Part shown: piece by piece, positions 48,162 to 58,149 of the stretch
Numbering within the stretch: position 1 is the first letter of the stretch
How the letters are laid out: every line of letters starts with the position of its first letter
Source: Myxococcota bacterium
Lineage (GTDB): Bacteria; Myxococcota_A; UBA9160; SMWR01
Assembly (NCBI GenBank): GCA_036336695.1
Contig: JAYZFQ010000084.1
Span: 9,726-73,725 of the forward strand
Direction: 5' to 3'
DNA: 64,000 nt
The notes under the pieces: generated by a model
Told to the model about the DNA's origin: nothing
Database searches by the model: none
The model's input: only the letters and a program-made list of their open reading frames with translations
Position numbers and translations under genes: made by a program

Positions 48162-49109
48162 TCAGCTGGCGGCTTCGCTCCGGTAGCGTGCGAGCCTTTC
48201 GAGGGTTGCTTCGAAACCGCGCACGGTATCGGCGATGATCTCTGCCACCGGGCGGACCTGGTCGATGCGGCCTGCGACCTGTCCCGTGAGGGCCAGCCCC
48301 GCCTCCAGGTCGCCACCGAAGTAGAGGTCCCGGATGCCCCCGGCGAGTGCCTGCATCGGGTCGCCGTCACCGTTTTCGAGTCGTTCACTGCGTTGGCTGC
48401 GGAGCACGCGGAGCGCAGGCCCCTTTTCGGGCTTGAGCAGGACTGTTCCCGTTTCGGGGGCCTCGGTGATTGCGTGTTTCCAGTTTTCGTGAACCGGGGA
48501 CTCGGCGGCCGATACCATGCGCGTGCCCATCACGATTCCCTCGGCGCCCAGGGCGAAGGCCGCCGCCATGCTGGCACCGTCGCAGATGCCGCCGGCCGCG
48601 ATGATCGGCACGTCCACGTGCGCCCGGACCAGGGGCAGCAGGACGAATGTCGCCACTTCGCGATGGTTCTTGAATCCGCCGCCTTCTCCGCCTTCGACGA
48701 TCAGGCCGTCCACCCCCGCATCGACCGCCTTGAGGGCGCCGGCCAGGTTGGGAACGACGTGAAAGACGGTGAGGCCCGCGTCCTTGATCTGGCGCGTGTA
48801 GCGCGTAGGGCTTCCGGCCGACGTCGTGACGAACTCGACCCCCTGGTCGATGACGAACTGCACGATGTCCGGGTCGCGGACGAAGGCCTGGGCGATGTTG
48901 ACGCCGAACGGCCGGTTCGTGAGTTCTCGCATCTTCCGGATCTCGTCCCGTACCGCATCCAACTCCCCGGACGAGGTCTCGATGATGCCCATGGCGCCCG
49001 TTTGTGAAACGGCGGACGCGAGCTGGGCCCGCGCGATCCATCCCATGGGGGCCTGGACGATCGGAATGTCGATCCCCAGCATCCGAGTGACGCGGTTTTC
49101 GAATTGCAT
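48162..49109 (-). CDS. Nitronate monooxygenase / FabK-like FMN oxidoreductase
   Basis: PIVQAPMG, PFGVN, EGGEGGG, PIIAAGGI.DG, LGAEG..MGTR, GQVAG. Confidence 0.9.
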   Translation of the reverse strand: MQFENRVTRMLGIDIPIVQAPMGWIARAQLASAVSQTGAMGIIETSSGELDAVRDEIRKMRELTNRPFGVNIAQAFVRDPDIVQFVIDQGVEFVTTSAGSPTRYTRQIKDAGLTVFHVVPNLAGALKAVDAGVDGLIVEGGEGGGFKNHREVATFVLLPLVRAHVDVPIIAAGGICDGASMAAAFALGAEGIVMGTRMVSAAESPVHENWKHAITEAPETGTVLLKPEKGPALRVLRSQRSERLENGDGDPMQALAGGIRDLYFGGDLEAGLALTGQVAGRIDQVRPVAEIIADTVRGFEATLERLARYRSEAAS

Positions 49110-49245
49110 GGAGGTGGAGCGTCCCTTCGCGATCGGAGGGCCATCCTAGGGGATGCAGATCCGCTCGTCGAAGGCGGGCGGCGCCGGTGGCGCGGGCCGT
49201 ACAGGGATGGTTGCCCCGGATCGGGGGGAGAACTATGAATCGGGC

Positions 49246-50091
49246 ATGGACTACCAATGTTTCGCCGTCGAGGTCTCGGACGGGATCGCCGAGGTACGCC
49301 TCAACCGTCCGGAAGCTTTCAACTCCATGATTCCCGCTTTCTGGGAAGAACTCCCCGCACTGGTCCGGGAACTCGATGCAGAGGGGGGTCCCCGTGTGAT
49401 CGTCCTCACGTCGACGGGGAAGCATTTTTGCGCGGGCATGGACCTCGCTGTCTTCACGAGCGGGTCCGAGAACGTGACAGGCGGGGAGGGGCACGAGGTC
49501 GGGCGCCAGCGGGCGAACATGCGTCGGAACGTGCTCGCGCTCCAGGAAACCTTTACGGCCCTTGAGCGTGCGCGCATCCCGGTGATCGCCGCTGTGCAGG
49601 GCGGCGCCGTGGGCGGCGCGGTGGACATGATCACCGCGTGTGACATGCGATACATGACGGAGGACGCCTTCCTCTGCGTTCAGGAAATCAACATCGGAAT
49701 GACAGCGGACGTCGGGACGCTGCAGCGCCTGCCGAAGCTCATTCCGGAGGGGATTGCGCGCGAACTCGCCTATACCGGCCGCCGAATGCCGGCTGCCGAG
49801 GCCAAGGCTTGCGGGTTGGTGAACGAGGTCTTCCCGGACCACGACGCGCTGCGGGAGGGAGTCTTCGAAGTCGCCCGCCAGATCGCGACCAAGTCGCCGC
49901 TCGCCATCTGGGGCACGAAGGAGATGATCAATTACACGCGCGACCACTCGGTCGAAGATTCCTTGAACTTCATTGCCACCTGGCAGACGGGCATGTTCCA
50001 TCCCAAGGACATGGCGGAAGCGTTCGAGGCGAAGCGGGAGCAGCGCGCTCCCGAGTTCGACGACCTGCTTCCGATGAAGAAACCCATCTAG
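49246..50091 (+). CDS. Enoyl-CoA hydratase/isomerase (dienoyl-CoA isomerase-like)
   Basis: LNRPE, FCAGMDL, PVIAAVQGGAVGGAVD, ADVGTLQRLP. Confidence 0.92.
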   Translation: MDYQCFAVEVSDGIAEVRLNRPEAFNSMIPAFWEELPALVRELDAEGGPRVIVLTSTGKHFCAGMDLAVFTSGSENVTGGEGHEVGRQRANMRRNVLALQETFTALERARIPVIAAVQGGAVGGAVDMITACDMRYMTEDAFLCVQEINIGMTADVGTLQRLPKLIPEGIARELAYTGRRMPAAEAKACGLVNEVFPDHDALREGVFEVARQIATKSPLAIWGTKEMINYTRDHSVEDSLNFIATWQTGMFHPKDMAEAFEAKREQRAPEFDDLLPMKKPI

Positions 50092-50099
50092 GTTGCGAG

Positions 50100-50963
50100 A
50101 TGGAGGCACCGGCCACGTGGTTTGAGGCTGGGGCTCGCCTTGCCTGGCTGGCCGGACTCTTCCTGGGCCTTTCGGGAACTTCCGGTGCCGAGTCGGGGAC
50201 GCAGGGCCTGGGCCTGGCGTGTCCCCTGGAACCGGGGCGCTCGACCCGGGAGATCAAGGTCGACGGGCGCAATCGGAGCGTGGTGGTGGAGGTCGGCGCC
50301 CTGGCGGGGAAGTCGGGTCCGGCGCCCGTGGTGTTCTTCTGGCACGGCTGGGGCGGCGCGGCGGGCGCGCTCCTCGACGGGATCGGGGCTTCGCGGTCCT
50401 GGCCCGAGGCGGTGTTCATCGCACCGGAGGGCCTTCGCCGCCGCTTCCCGGGGCTAAGCTCCCGGTCCCAGCCGGGCTGGCAGGTTGCGCCCGGAGAACA
50501 CTCGGACCGCGACATGGCTTTCTTCGACGCTCTCGTTGCGGACCTGTCCCGGCTTCCATGTCTCGATACGAGGCGTTTCCTGAGCACGGGTTTCTCGAAC
50601 GGCGGGTACTTTTCGAACCTGCTCGGCTGTGAGCGCGCCGGGGTTCTCGCAGGCATCGCGCCCGTAGGTGGTGGGGGACCCACCGAGGCCTGCGAGACGC
50701 CGGTGCCGGTCTGGATCGCCCACGGCAGGGGCGATCGCGTCATCCCTCTGCGCGAGGGGCGCGGCAGCTTCTCCCGTTGGCAGGAAACCAACGGCTGCAA
50801 GGACATCGAAGTCGACCGCGACGGCTGCCAGGTGGCCCGAGGCTGCAAACGCGAGACGGTGCTCTGCACCTTCCCCGGTCGGCACACCTGGCCCATGGCC
50901 TTGACGCGCCGCTGGCAGCAATTTCTGGCCGCACAACGTCGCGCCGCCGCACCACAGCCCTGA
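50100..50963 (+). CDS. Secreted esterase (LpqP / PHB-depolymerase / feruloyl-esterase-like)
   Basis: PVVFFWHG, TGFSNGG nucleophile, HGRGD, GRHTWP; signal peptide. Confidence 0.82.
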   Translation: MEAPATWFEAGARLAWLAGLFLGLSGTSGAESGTQGLGLACPLEPGRSTREIKVDGRNRSVVVEVGALAGKSGPAPVVFFWHGWGGAAGALLDGIGASRSWPEAVFIAPEGLRRRFPGLSSRSQPGWQVAPGEHSDRDMAFFDALVADLSRLPCLDTRRFLSTGFSNGGYFSNLLGCERAGVLAGIAPVGGGGPTEACETPVPVWIAHGRGDRVIPLREGRGSFSRWQETNGCKDIEVDRDGCQVARGCKRETVLCTFPGRHTWPMALTRRWQQFLAAQRRAAAPQP

Positions 50964-50995
50964 CACGCAGGTTGTCGCGTGTGGGAGGGCGCCGG

Positions 50996-51592
50996 TCAGC
51001 GTCGCCTGCCGTGACGCCGCCTTTCACGCCGGTCCTCGCGTTCGGGCATCAGCAGGTGAAAGGTATGTTGCCAGGTGTCGTTGGTGAAATGTCTCGACTC
51101 CGCCCACCCGGTCGTGCCCGCGAATCTCCCGGCGCCTCCGGTAACCGGGCGAATCGTCGTCGTGTCGAAAGCGAGGGTCGGACCGGCGGGGGGATAGACT
51201 GCGGTTCCATTGACGACGATCTGGTCGATGCCTGCGGCGCCGAAAGCGAAGATCAGGGTGCTGATCCGGGTTTCGTCGTCGGGCTCGGTAACGTCGATTC
51301 CGGTGGTAATCAGGGTTGCGTCGAGGCGGCCGGCGGTCTTTCCGGAAGCGAACTCGGTCGGGAGCGAGACGACCCGAAGGTCCCCGAGTTGGTGCCCGGT
51401 CGAATCCGGGTTGGCGAGCACCGTGCGCGCGGGGCCGTGGAAGACGGAGAACACGAACTCATCGTCGTCGTCGAAGTCCCTGTCCGCGGCGGCGGGCCCG
51501 ACCCAGGCCCCAAGGCAGAACAGGACGAGAAGCGTAGTAGCGAACCGGAAACGAATGGAGGGGTTGTCAGCGATACAACGGAGCTTCAGCAC
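50996..51592 (-). CDS. Secreted dirigent / allene-oxide-cyclase-like beta-barrel protein
   Basis: Signal peptide ending PAAA; G.QLGD, AGRL and RPVTGGAGRFAGTTG motifs. Confidence 0.6.
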   Translation of the reverse strand: MLKLRCIADNPSIRFRFATTLLVLFCLGAWVGPAAADRDFDDDDEFVFSVFHGPARTVLANPDSTGHQLGDLRVVSLPTEFASGKTAGRLDATLITTGIDVTEPDDETRISTLIFAFGAAGIDQIVVNGTAVYPPAGPTLAFDTTTIRPVTGGAGRFAGTTGWAESRHFTNDTWQHTFHLLMPEREDRRERRRHGRRR

Positions 51593-51831
51593 AGGGAGAA
51601 CCTCACGATAGAGCAGCAGGGCGGAGCAGGGCGCGGTGTCTCTCACCGCGCAGCGCAGATCTGGGATACAGCGCGCACACTTTAGCATCCACCAACGGGC
51701 CAGCACGTTCGAATCGATCCCGACTCTGCTCGCCGAGGTCGCAAGGGCGCTTCGGAAACCCCTTTCCGGACGGGTCGCCCGGGTTTCGGAAATGCTTTTC
51801 TTTTTCGGCGTGGCGTCATAGCCTCTAGGTC

Positions 51832-53154
51832 ATGAAGCCTGAAGCAAACTCGAAAGTGGTGATCGTGGGGGCGGGGTTTGGCGGCCTGTTGTGCGCCCGA
51901 GACCTCGATGGATTCGAGACGCGGGATCGGCGCTCTGTCCACGTCACGCTGATCGATCGCCATGACTACCACACGTTTCAGCCGCTTCTCTACCAGGTGG
52001 CGACGTCGCTGCTGGAACCGCTGGACGTGGCCTATCCAATTCGCAAGATCTTTCGCGGCTCGAAAAACATCCACGTCCGCCAGGCGATGGTCGAACGGGT
52101 GGACTTCGAGCGGAAGGTGGTCTGCAGCTCCGATGGCGCGGAGCACTCCTACGACATGCTCGTGCTTGCCACCGGTAGCACGACCAATTTCTTTGGAAAC
52201 GAAGCGATCGAGGCCAGTTCCTTCGGTGTGAAGGATCTCTCCGAGGCCCTCCAACTGCGCAACCACGTCCTGGCCTGCCTGGAGCGGTCGGTCGAGTTCG
52301 CGGACCCCGAAGAGCGCCGCCGCCTGTTGACCTTTGTCGTCTGTGGCGGCGGCCCGACGGGCGTCGAATTCGCGGGCGCTCTCGCCGAACTCCTGGACCT
52401 GGTCGTGCCTGCGGAATACCCGGAGCTCCAGCGCGAGGAGTGCCAGATCCACCTGATCGAAGGCCAGGAGCGGGTGTTGGGTCCGTTCCATCCGAGTCTC
52501 TCGGCCTATGCCGGGCGCGTTCTCGAGGGGAAGGGGGTCAAGCTCCACCTGGGCGTCCTCGTGAAGGAGGCCACTGAGAGCCGGGTGGTGACCGGGGACG
52601 GAGAGGTGATCGAGTGCGGGACGATCATGTGGTCTGCCGGCGTGAAACCCGCGGACCTTGGGGACGGGTGCGCGGCGCAGAAGAACAAGGGAAAGCGCAT
52701 CCAGGTGGATCGGTGGTTGCGTCTGGTGGAGCACCCGGAGGTCTTTGCCATCGGAGACGTGGCCTGCGTTCCGGAAGATCCCCGGGGCATTCCGATGTTG
52801 GCCCAGCCGGCGATCCAGCAGGGCGGGTACGCAGCGGCGCGGATTCGCGAAATCGTCGAGGGCAAGGACCCGGCGGGCGCCGCTCCCTTCGAGTACAAGG
52901 ACAAGGGAACCATGGCGACGGTCGGAAAGAACGCCGCCGTGGTCCAGCTGGGGAAGCTGCGGATTCGCGGCTTCGCGGGTTGGGTGGCATGGATGGCGCT
53001 CCACATCTTCTACCTGATCGGCTTCCGGAACCGGCTCTCGGTGATGCTTTCCTGGGCGGGTTATTTCTTCGGGCGTGATCGCCCAAGCCGTATCATGACC
53101 AGCCCTGCCGGAGACTCCCTTTCTGCGTCGGTGGACGAGGAGTTGAAGCCGTAG
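51832..53154 (+). CDS. ndh: Type II NADH dehydrogenase
   Basis: VGAGFGG, FQPLLYQVAT, GGGPTGVEFAG, FAIGD, AQPAIQQG, YKDKGTMATVG, HIFYLIGFRNR. Confidence 0.93.
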   Translation: MKPEANSKVVIVGAGFGGLLCARDLDGFETRDRRSVHVTLIDRHDYHTFQPLLYQVATSLLEPLDVAYPIRKIFRGSKNIHVRQAMVERVDFERKVVCSSDGAEHSYDMLVLATGSTTNFFGNEAIEASSFGVKDLSEALQLRNHVLACLERSVEFADPEERRRLLTFVVCGGGPTGVEFAGALAELLDLVVPAEYPELQREECQIHLIEGQERVLGPFHPSLSAYAGRVLEGKGVKLHLGVLVKEATESRVVTGDGEVIECGTIMWSAGVKPADLGDGCAAQKNKGKRIQVDRWLRLVEHPEVFAIGDVACVPEDPRGIPMLAQPAIQQGGYAAARIREIVEGKDPAGAAPFEYKDKGTMATVGKNAAVVQLGKLRIRGFAGWVAWMALHIFYLIGFRNRLSVMLSWAGYFFGRDRPSRIMTSPAGDSLSASVDEELKP

Positions 53155-53192
53155 TCTCCGGTGTCCCAACGGGTTTCTAAAGAAGGCAACAC

Positions 53193-54467
53193 GTGGCGCG
53201 GACGCTTCTGATCTTCCTCGCGGGTCTCCTCGCGGGCGCGGTGGGATTCCTCTTGTGGGATCTACGCCCGGAAAGGGTGGAGAAGGTGGCAGCGAACCAG
53301 GATCTCGAAGCCAGCCTGGACGCGTTGGCCGATTCGTTGCGGGATGCAGGGGGGTTCGTTCGCGGTCACGAGTGGTTCGGCAGCGAGGAGGAGCAGGCCG
53401 AGGCCTACCGGCACATCGTGCGGATCTTGATCAACAAGCTGGAAGCGCACGCTCTGGCCGAGCCGGACTTCCCGGTGTTTCTTTCGCTGAACCATTTCAA
53501 CAAGGCCGGTATGGACAACTCGGACCAGCGGTACCGCATCGCCTTGTTCGACGGCGATGGCGTCTACCGGGTCTGGGGAAACCGCGGCACGAGTCGGCGG
53601 CTCGACTTCGCGGTGTATGGCCTGCACTCGCTATCGGACACGGTGGATACGCTTTCGACCGATGAACTCGAGGTCGCACCCGATGGCACCTTCGAATTGA
53701 TCCTTGGCGGTGAGGAACGCGCGGGGAACTGGTTGCGAACGGATTCGGGGCCGCAGCGGATTCTCGTGCGCCAGATCCATTCGGACTGGGCGAACGAATC
53801 GCCGGGAGAAATGCATATCGACCGGATAGACGCGGGAAGGCCCGTGTATCCCGAGTTCTCCCAGCTCGTCATGGCCGAGCGCCTCGCGGCTGCGACCAAC
53901 GCGTTTGCCGAAGAGGTCCGCCTGTGGCCGGAATTCAGTCGGACCCGACTCGCGGCGCTCGCACCGGCGAACGCCCTGTCGCCGCCCCGGGATACGGGAG
54001 GGCAGGGGGGATTGGCGGGGCGCCTCATGGTCGGAGGGCACTACGCCCTCGAAGACGACGAAGCGCTGATCATCACCAGCTGGCCGGCCGACGCCGCCTA
54101 CCAGGGGATTCAGCTCGGCCATCACTGGTGGGAATCCCTGGACTACGCCAATCGCCAGACCAGTCTCTCCGCGGATCAGGCACGCGTGAGTTCCGATGGG
54201 GCCTACCACTACGTAATCTCCGAGCGGGATCCCGGCGTCCCCAACTGGCTGGACACGGAAGGTTTTTCACGCGGCGTGATCATGATGCGTTTCGACGGCC
54301 TGTCGGAACCGGCGTTGCCGCCGGACAAGCACCCAACCGCAACCGTGGTGAAGTTCTCCGAGATCCGCAGGCATCTTCCCGACGACGAACCGGTGGTCAC
54401 CGAAGAGGAGCGGTCCACGACCATTGCGGGTCGGCGCGCGCATGTCCAGAGGCGTGAAGACTTCTAG
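53193..54467 (+). CDS. DUF1214 domain-containing protein with N-terminal membrane anchor
   Basis: GMDNSD, YRVWG.RG, DGTFEL, WWESLDYANRQTSL, DPGVPNWLDT. Confidence 0.85.
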   Translation: MARTLLIFLAGLLAGAVGFLLWDLRPERVEKVAANQDLEASLDALADSLRDAGGFVRGHEWFGSEEEQAEAYRHIVRILINKLEAHALAEPDFPVFLSLNHFNKAGMDNSDQRYRIALFDGDGVYRVWGNRGTSRRLDFAVYGLHSLSDTVDTLSTDELEVAPDGTFELILGGEERAGNWLRTDSGPQRILVRQIHSDWANESPGEMHIDRIDAGRPVYPEFSQLVMAERLAAATNAFAEEVRLWPEFSRTRLAALAPANALSPPRDTGGQGGLAGRLMVGGHYALEDDEALIITSWPADAAYQGIQLGHHWWESLDYANRQTSLSADQARVSSDGAYHYVISERDPGVPNWLDTEGFSRGVIMMRFDGLSEPALPPDKHPTATVVKFSEIRRHLPDDEPVVTEEERSTTIAGRRAHVQRREDF

Positions 54468-54539
54468 TCGCGGCGGCGTGTTTCCATGTTCGCCGATGCG
54501 TCCTAGTCGTTGCATTGTCGGGTCTTGAAGGCCCTGGGA

Positions 54540-55181
54540 TTACGCGTCCATACCTTGTTCTGCGGCGCAATTCGGGCAGACGCCGTGGCTGAAACTCGCC
54601 TCGGAGCGTTCCTGGATGAAGCGCTCCACGGCAACCCAGGAGCCGTCGTCTTTCCGGATCTGTTTGCAACCGGCGCAGATGGGGACGATGCCGCGCAGCG
54701 TGTGGACTTCCTCGAGTGCCGATCGCAACTGCTGCTCGGTGCGTTCCCGTTGGTGGATCTCGCTTTCCACCTTGCGGCGTGATTCGCCGAAAAATCCGGC
54801 CTGCAGGCCGATGCCCACCAGGGCCAGCGAGGCGAACGCAAAGGGAACTCCGGGCTCCGTCGGTCCGGGCCATCTTCCGGCGTTGTCGAGCAACTGGTAG
54901 TTGACGAAGGCCAGGCTTAGCCCGGCGAGCACGCCTCCCCAGCGGCCATACAAGTGCCCACTGACAATAATCGGAAAAGCGGACAGAGCGATCATCCCAT
55001 CGCCCACGTAGTCATAGAGGACGGCAAAGGCGGCCCAGTAGAAGAGGAAGGTTGCCACGGTAGTCGCAAACCGACGCGCGGCCGCATTTTCCATGGGGCC
55101 AGCGTAGGGCGCTTTCATGGCGTGTCCAAATTTGGTCGAATCTGGAAAGAACGGCGCCTGCGAATCGTTGGTAGAATGCAC
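54540..55181 (-). CDS. Membrane protein with coiled coil and C-terminal PICxxCK...SHGxCPxC module
   Basis: About 4 TM helices; LEEVHTLRGIVPICAGCKQIR.DDGSW...FSHGVCPNC. Confidence 0.8.
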   Translation of the reverse strand: MHSTNDSQAPFFPDSTKFGHAMKAPYAGPMENAAARRFATTVATFLFYWAAFAVLYDYVGDGMIALSAFPIIVSGHLYGRWGGVLAGLSLAFVNYQLLDNAGRWPGPTEPGVPFAFASLALVGIGLQAGFFGESRRKVESEIHQRERTEQQLRSALEEVHTLRGIVPICAGCKQIRKDDGSWVAVERFIQERSEASFSHGVCPNCAAEQGMDA

Positions 55182-55432
55182 GTGTTCCCCTCCCTAGGAG
55201 TCCCGTTCCTTGCTGGAGCGATCGATTCATGGGGCACGCGCGGGAAGAGGAAAAGAGGACCGCATGAGCCCCCACGGACGCTTCGATGGCTTCTTCGCGA
55301 TGCGGCCCCTCCAGGCTGCGCGAACCCCGCTTCGGGCGCTGTCTCGACGGGCGAATGGAGGTCCGGGGTTTTGCGTCGCGGCCCAGTGCGCCGCGGCCGG
55401 GCAATCGCGCATATGCGCGGTAGGAGTTGTCC

Positions 55433-56704
55433 TTGTCTGAGACGCCGACGCGACGTCCCGCGCCCCTCGCCGCCCGGGTGGCACTGCTTTTGGGGACCAC
55501 CGCGTTGTTGGGTCTCATCTTCGAGGTGGGGGTCCGTGTCGCCAAGAACGAGATCGCTTTTCAGCCCGATCCCGATGTAATTCGTTCATTGGTTCCCAAC
55601 AAGGAAAGAGCGGTCTACACCTACGAAACAGATGACAATCTCAACGGGAGATCCAGCGAACTCGCGAATCCGCCGGCGCTCCTAGGACATTGCCATACCA
55701 ACAACCTGGGGCTCCGGATGCAGGCCGACATCGGCCCGAAAGCTCCGGACGAAAAGCGCATTCTCGTCTTCGGCGATTCGTATACCGAAGCGCTCGAGAC
55801 ACTCGAGGAGGACCGGTTCGTTCAGGTCGCGGCGCGGCACATTGAGGCAGCGGCGGGCGCCGCTGCCAGTGCAGGGGAGAACTGGCGCTGGACTGTCGTC
55901 AACGCGGGCATTCAGAACGGAACGCCTTCTCAGTACATTCTTTTATTGCGCCGCTTCTTGCCCCTGATCGAACCAGACATCGTTGTGGTGGTGACGGGTG
56001 CCAACGATCTTACCGACGACAGCAATCTCGAGCGGAAGCACGGCTTTGCTTTGGACGCTGACGGGATTCCCCTTGCTCCAGAGAATCGCTGGCGTCTCTG
56101 GTGGATCCAGAACTCGTATTTCTTGCGTTATGTCGAAGTGGGTGCGCGGCGGCTAATTCCTGACCTCTACGAGGCGGCGTTTCCACCGGCCAACCCCGAT
56201 CTGGTAGTGCCGTTCTGGATGGACATTCTCTGCGACGAAGACCCCGCGTCCCGCGACCAGTATCCGGAGCGGACTGGCCGGTACCTGCTCGCCATGAAGC
56301 AACTGACCGAAAGCGCCGGAGTCGAGTTCGCAGTGCTCGTGATGCACTACCTCTACACCTTCGAAAACGAGCCCTACTACGAGCCGAGATTTCCCTGGCT
56401 GCGGGAAAAGCTCGAAGAGTTGGGCTGCTACGAAAATTACGGGGCTCCCTTCAACCAGTACATCGAAGCCTTTCTCGAAGAGAACGGGGTCCGCTACCGC
56501 AATTCGCAAGACGCCATGGCAGCGGCGAAGCGGGAGGTTCCCAGCCGGAAACTGTGGAACTTTTACGACTACCACTTCTCGCGTGCTGGACACCAGGTCA
56601 TGGGCGATGAGTTGTACGAGTTGATTGCGCCCATCATGAGCGAACAGGCGGCGCAGGGACCGGGTGCCCCACGGGCATCCGCAGCGCCTCCGACCGACTC
56701 GTAG
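55433..56704 (+). CDS. SGNH/GDSL hydrolase-like protein with N-terminal membrane anchor
   Basis: TNNLGLR, ILVFGDSYT, VNAG, GAND, DYHFSRAGH. Confidence 0.82.
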   Translation: MSETPTRRPAPLAARVALLLGTTALLGLIFEVGVRVAKNEIAFQPDPDVIRSLVPNKERAVYTYETDDNLNGRSSELANPPALLGHCHTNNLGLRMQADIGPKAPDEKRILVFGDSYTEALETLEEDRFVQVAARHIEAAAGAAASAGENWRWTVVNAGIQNGTPSQYILLLRRFLPLIEPDIVVVVTGANDLTDDSNLERKHGFALDADGIPLAPENRWRLWWIQNSYFLRYVEVGARRLIPDLYEAAFPPANPDLVVPFWMDILCDEDPASRDQYPERTGRYLLAMKQLTESAGVEFAVLVMHYLYTFENEPYYEPRFPWLREKLEELGCYENYGAPFNQYIEAFLEENGVRYRNSQDAMAAAKREVPSRKLWNFYDYHFSRAGHQVMGDELYELIAPIMSEQAAQGPGAPRASAAPPTDS

Positions 56705-56731
56705 CCGTCTCATGCCGGGCCGGACTCGTTT

Positions 56732-57535
56732 CTAGTGAACGAGCGTCTCGACGATCCAGTACACCCACACGGGGATGACGGCTGCCCAGTAGCTCACCAT
56801 CCAGGTGAGTCCGACCCATCCGCCCCACGACTCGGCATCCCGCGCCGGCGTCCGCGCGTAAATGGACGCGTGGAGCCCCTCTACCAGTACATCGCGTGTG
56901 GGGCGCGAGTCGGGGGTCGAGAGGTCGCCTTCCGAACGCGCATCCGACCACAGGGTGATCAAGTGGACGGCCTGCCAGGGCAGGTAGAAGAGCCCGAAGA
57001 GCAGGTTCAGCTGAAGGAGAATCTCCCGGCCGCCCAGGGAGTCGAGCGTTGCGTAGAGGTAGACGCTGGCCAGGGTATTGGCGGCGAAGATCGCGGCCCA
57101 GCCGAGTTCTTCGTAGTAGTAGAACACCCGGCGCTTGGTGAGAATCGCCCACCAGACGAAGCCCTGGGAGACCGCGGCCTGGAACACCATCGCCCAGGAA
57201 AACCAGTCGACCCATGCCACGTGATGGACGTTGAGCAGGCGAAGCACGTGGGAGAACAGGTAGATGTACGCCACCTCCGTCACGGTGGCGAGCATGCGGG
57301 TCAGGAACGCCGAGGAAAGCAGGGAATCGTGAAAGACGACGTTGTCCTGGTAACGCATCGGGAACAGGCACCGGTAGGCCGAAACGGCGAACAGGATCTG
57401 GGCCGGAATCAAGATGTGGGGATCGGCGGAACCGCAGGGAAGTGAGAACGTCGTGGCCAGAAAGTAGAGGTTAAGCGGCGCACCGAGCTTCAAGAGCCAG
57501 AGGGCGGCTGTGAAATTCTTCACCATTCTCTTCAC
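56732..57535 (-). CDS. Hypothetical multi-pass membrane protein
   Basis: Long ORF with about 7 hydrophobic segments; no motif recognised. Confidence 0.65.
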   Translation of the reverse strand: MKRMVKNFTAALWLLKLGAPLNLYFLATTFSLPCGSADPHILIPAQILFAVSAYRCLFPMRYQDNVVFHDSLLSSAFLTRMLATVTEVAYIYLFSHVLRLLNVHHVAWVDWFSWAMVFQAAVSQGFVWWAILTKRRVFYYYEELGWAAIFAANTLASVYLYATLDSLGGREILLQLNLLFGLFYLPWQAVHLITLWSDARSEGDLSTPDSRPTRDVLVEGLHASIYARTPARDAESWGGWVGLTWMVSYWAAVIPVWVYWIVETLVH

Positions 57536-57656
57536 CCCCGACTTCGACGGACGTTAGCCTACAGAAAGCTGTGTGTACTTGGTGATTAGCGCGCTCTAAA
57601 CCCTGAACAACTTCGCTTGCTGGCCTCGTGACCTTTCGCACCCCCCGAAAAACCAA

Positions 57657-57960
57657 ATGAAGCTTCTTGTTCTGGGGGTTGGTGACTCCATCGGGAGTCA
57701 TCTCGAGCGGCGGCTCAAGTCTGAAGGTGCTTGGATTCGGGGTGCAGACCTGAAGAGGCCGGAATTCTCTAGAGCAGACGCGGATGACTTCGTGACTGGA
57801 GATCTCCGAGCGCCTGCGCGAGCGCTCTAGATTTTCCATTTGATGAGGTCGATCAGCTAGCCGCCGAACTGGGACACGTCGGCTGAATCTTCACGGTTGA
57901 TAACGATGCCGTCCTCACGAACAACACACCGGTGATTAACGCAACATCTTGAACCGCTGT
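57657..57960 (+). pseudogene. Decayed NAD-dependent epimerase (GDP-mannose 3,5-epimerase-like), N-terminal remnant
   Basis: MKLLVLGVGDSIGSHLERRLKSEGAWIRGADLKRPEFS...DDFVTGDLR, then a frameshift to FDEVDQLAAELGHVG*IFTVDNDA...IN. This matches the family pattern GAGGFIG.HL...RGVDLK...GDLR...FDEVYQLAADMGG.GYIFTG..DA. Confidence 0.8.
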
Positions 57961-58149
57961 AGGGGATTGGCCATCAAACCGGACCTGGAGTAGATCCACC
58001 GGAAGCCGCTTTGGCAGGAGTGCGAGATCTCGCTCGCACCGCTCTCGGTCCCGCTTCCCCGCATGCTCCACGAGAGCTGAGGCACGCCGTTACGGCGCCG
58101 GTCGCTGCGTGAGGTAGCGCGCCCGACTTAGATTCGGAAAGCTCGCCCG

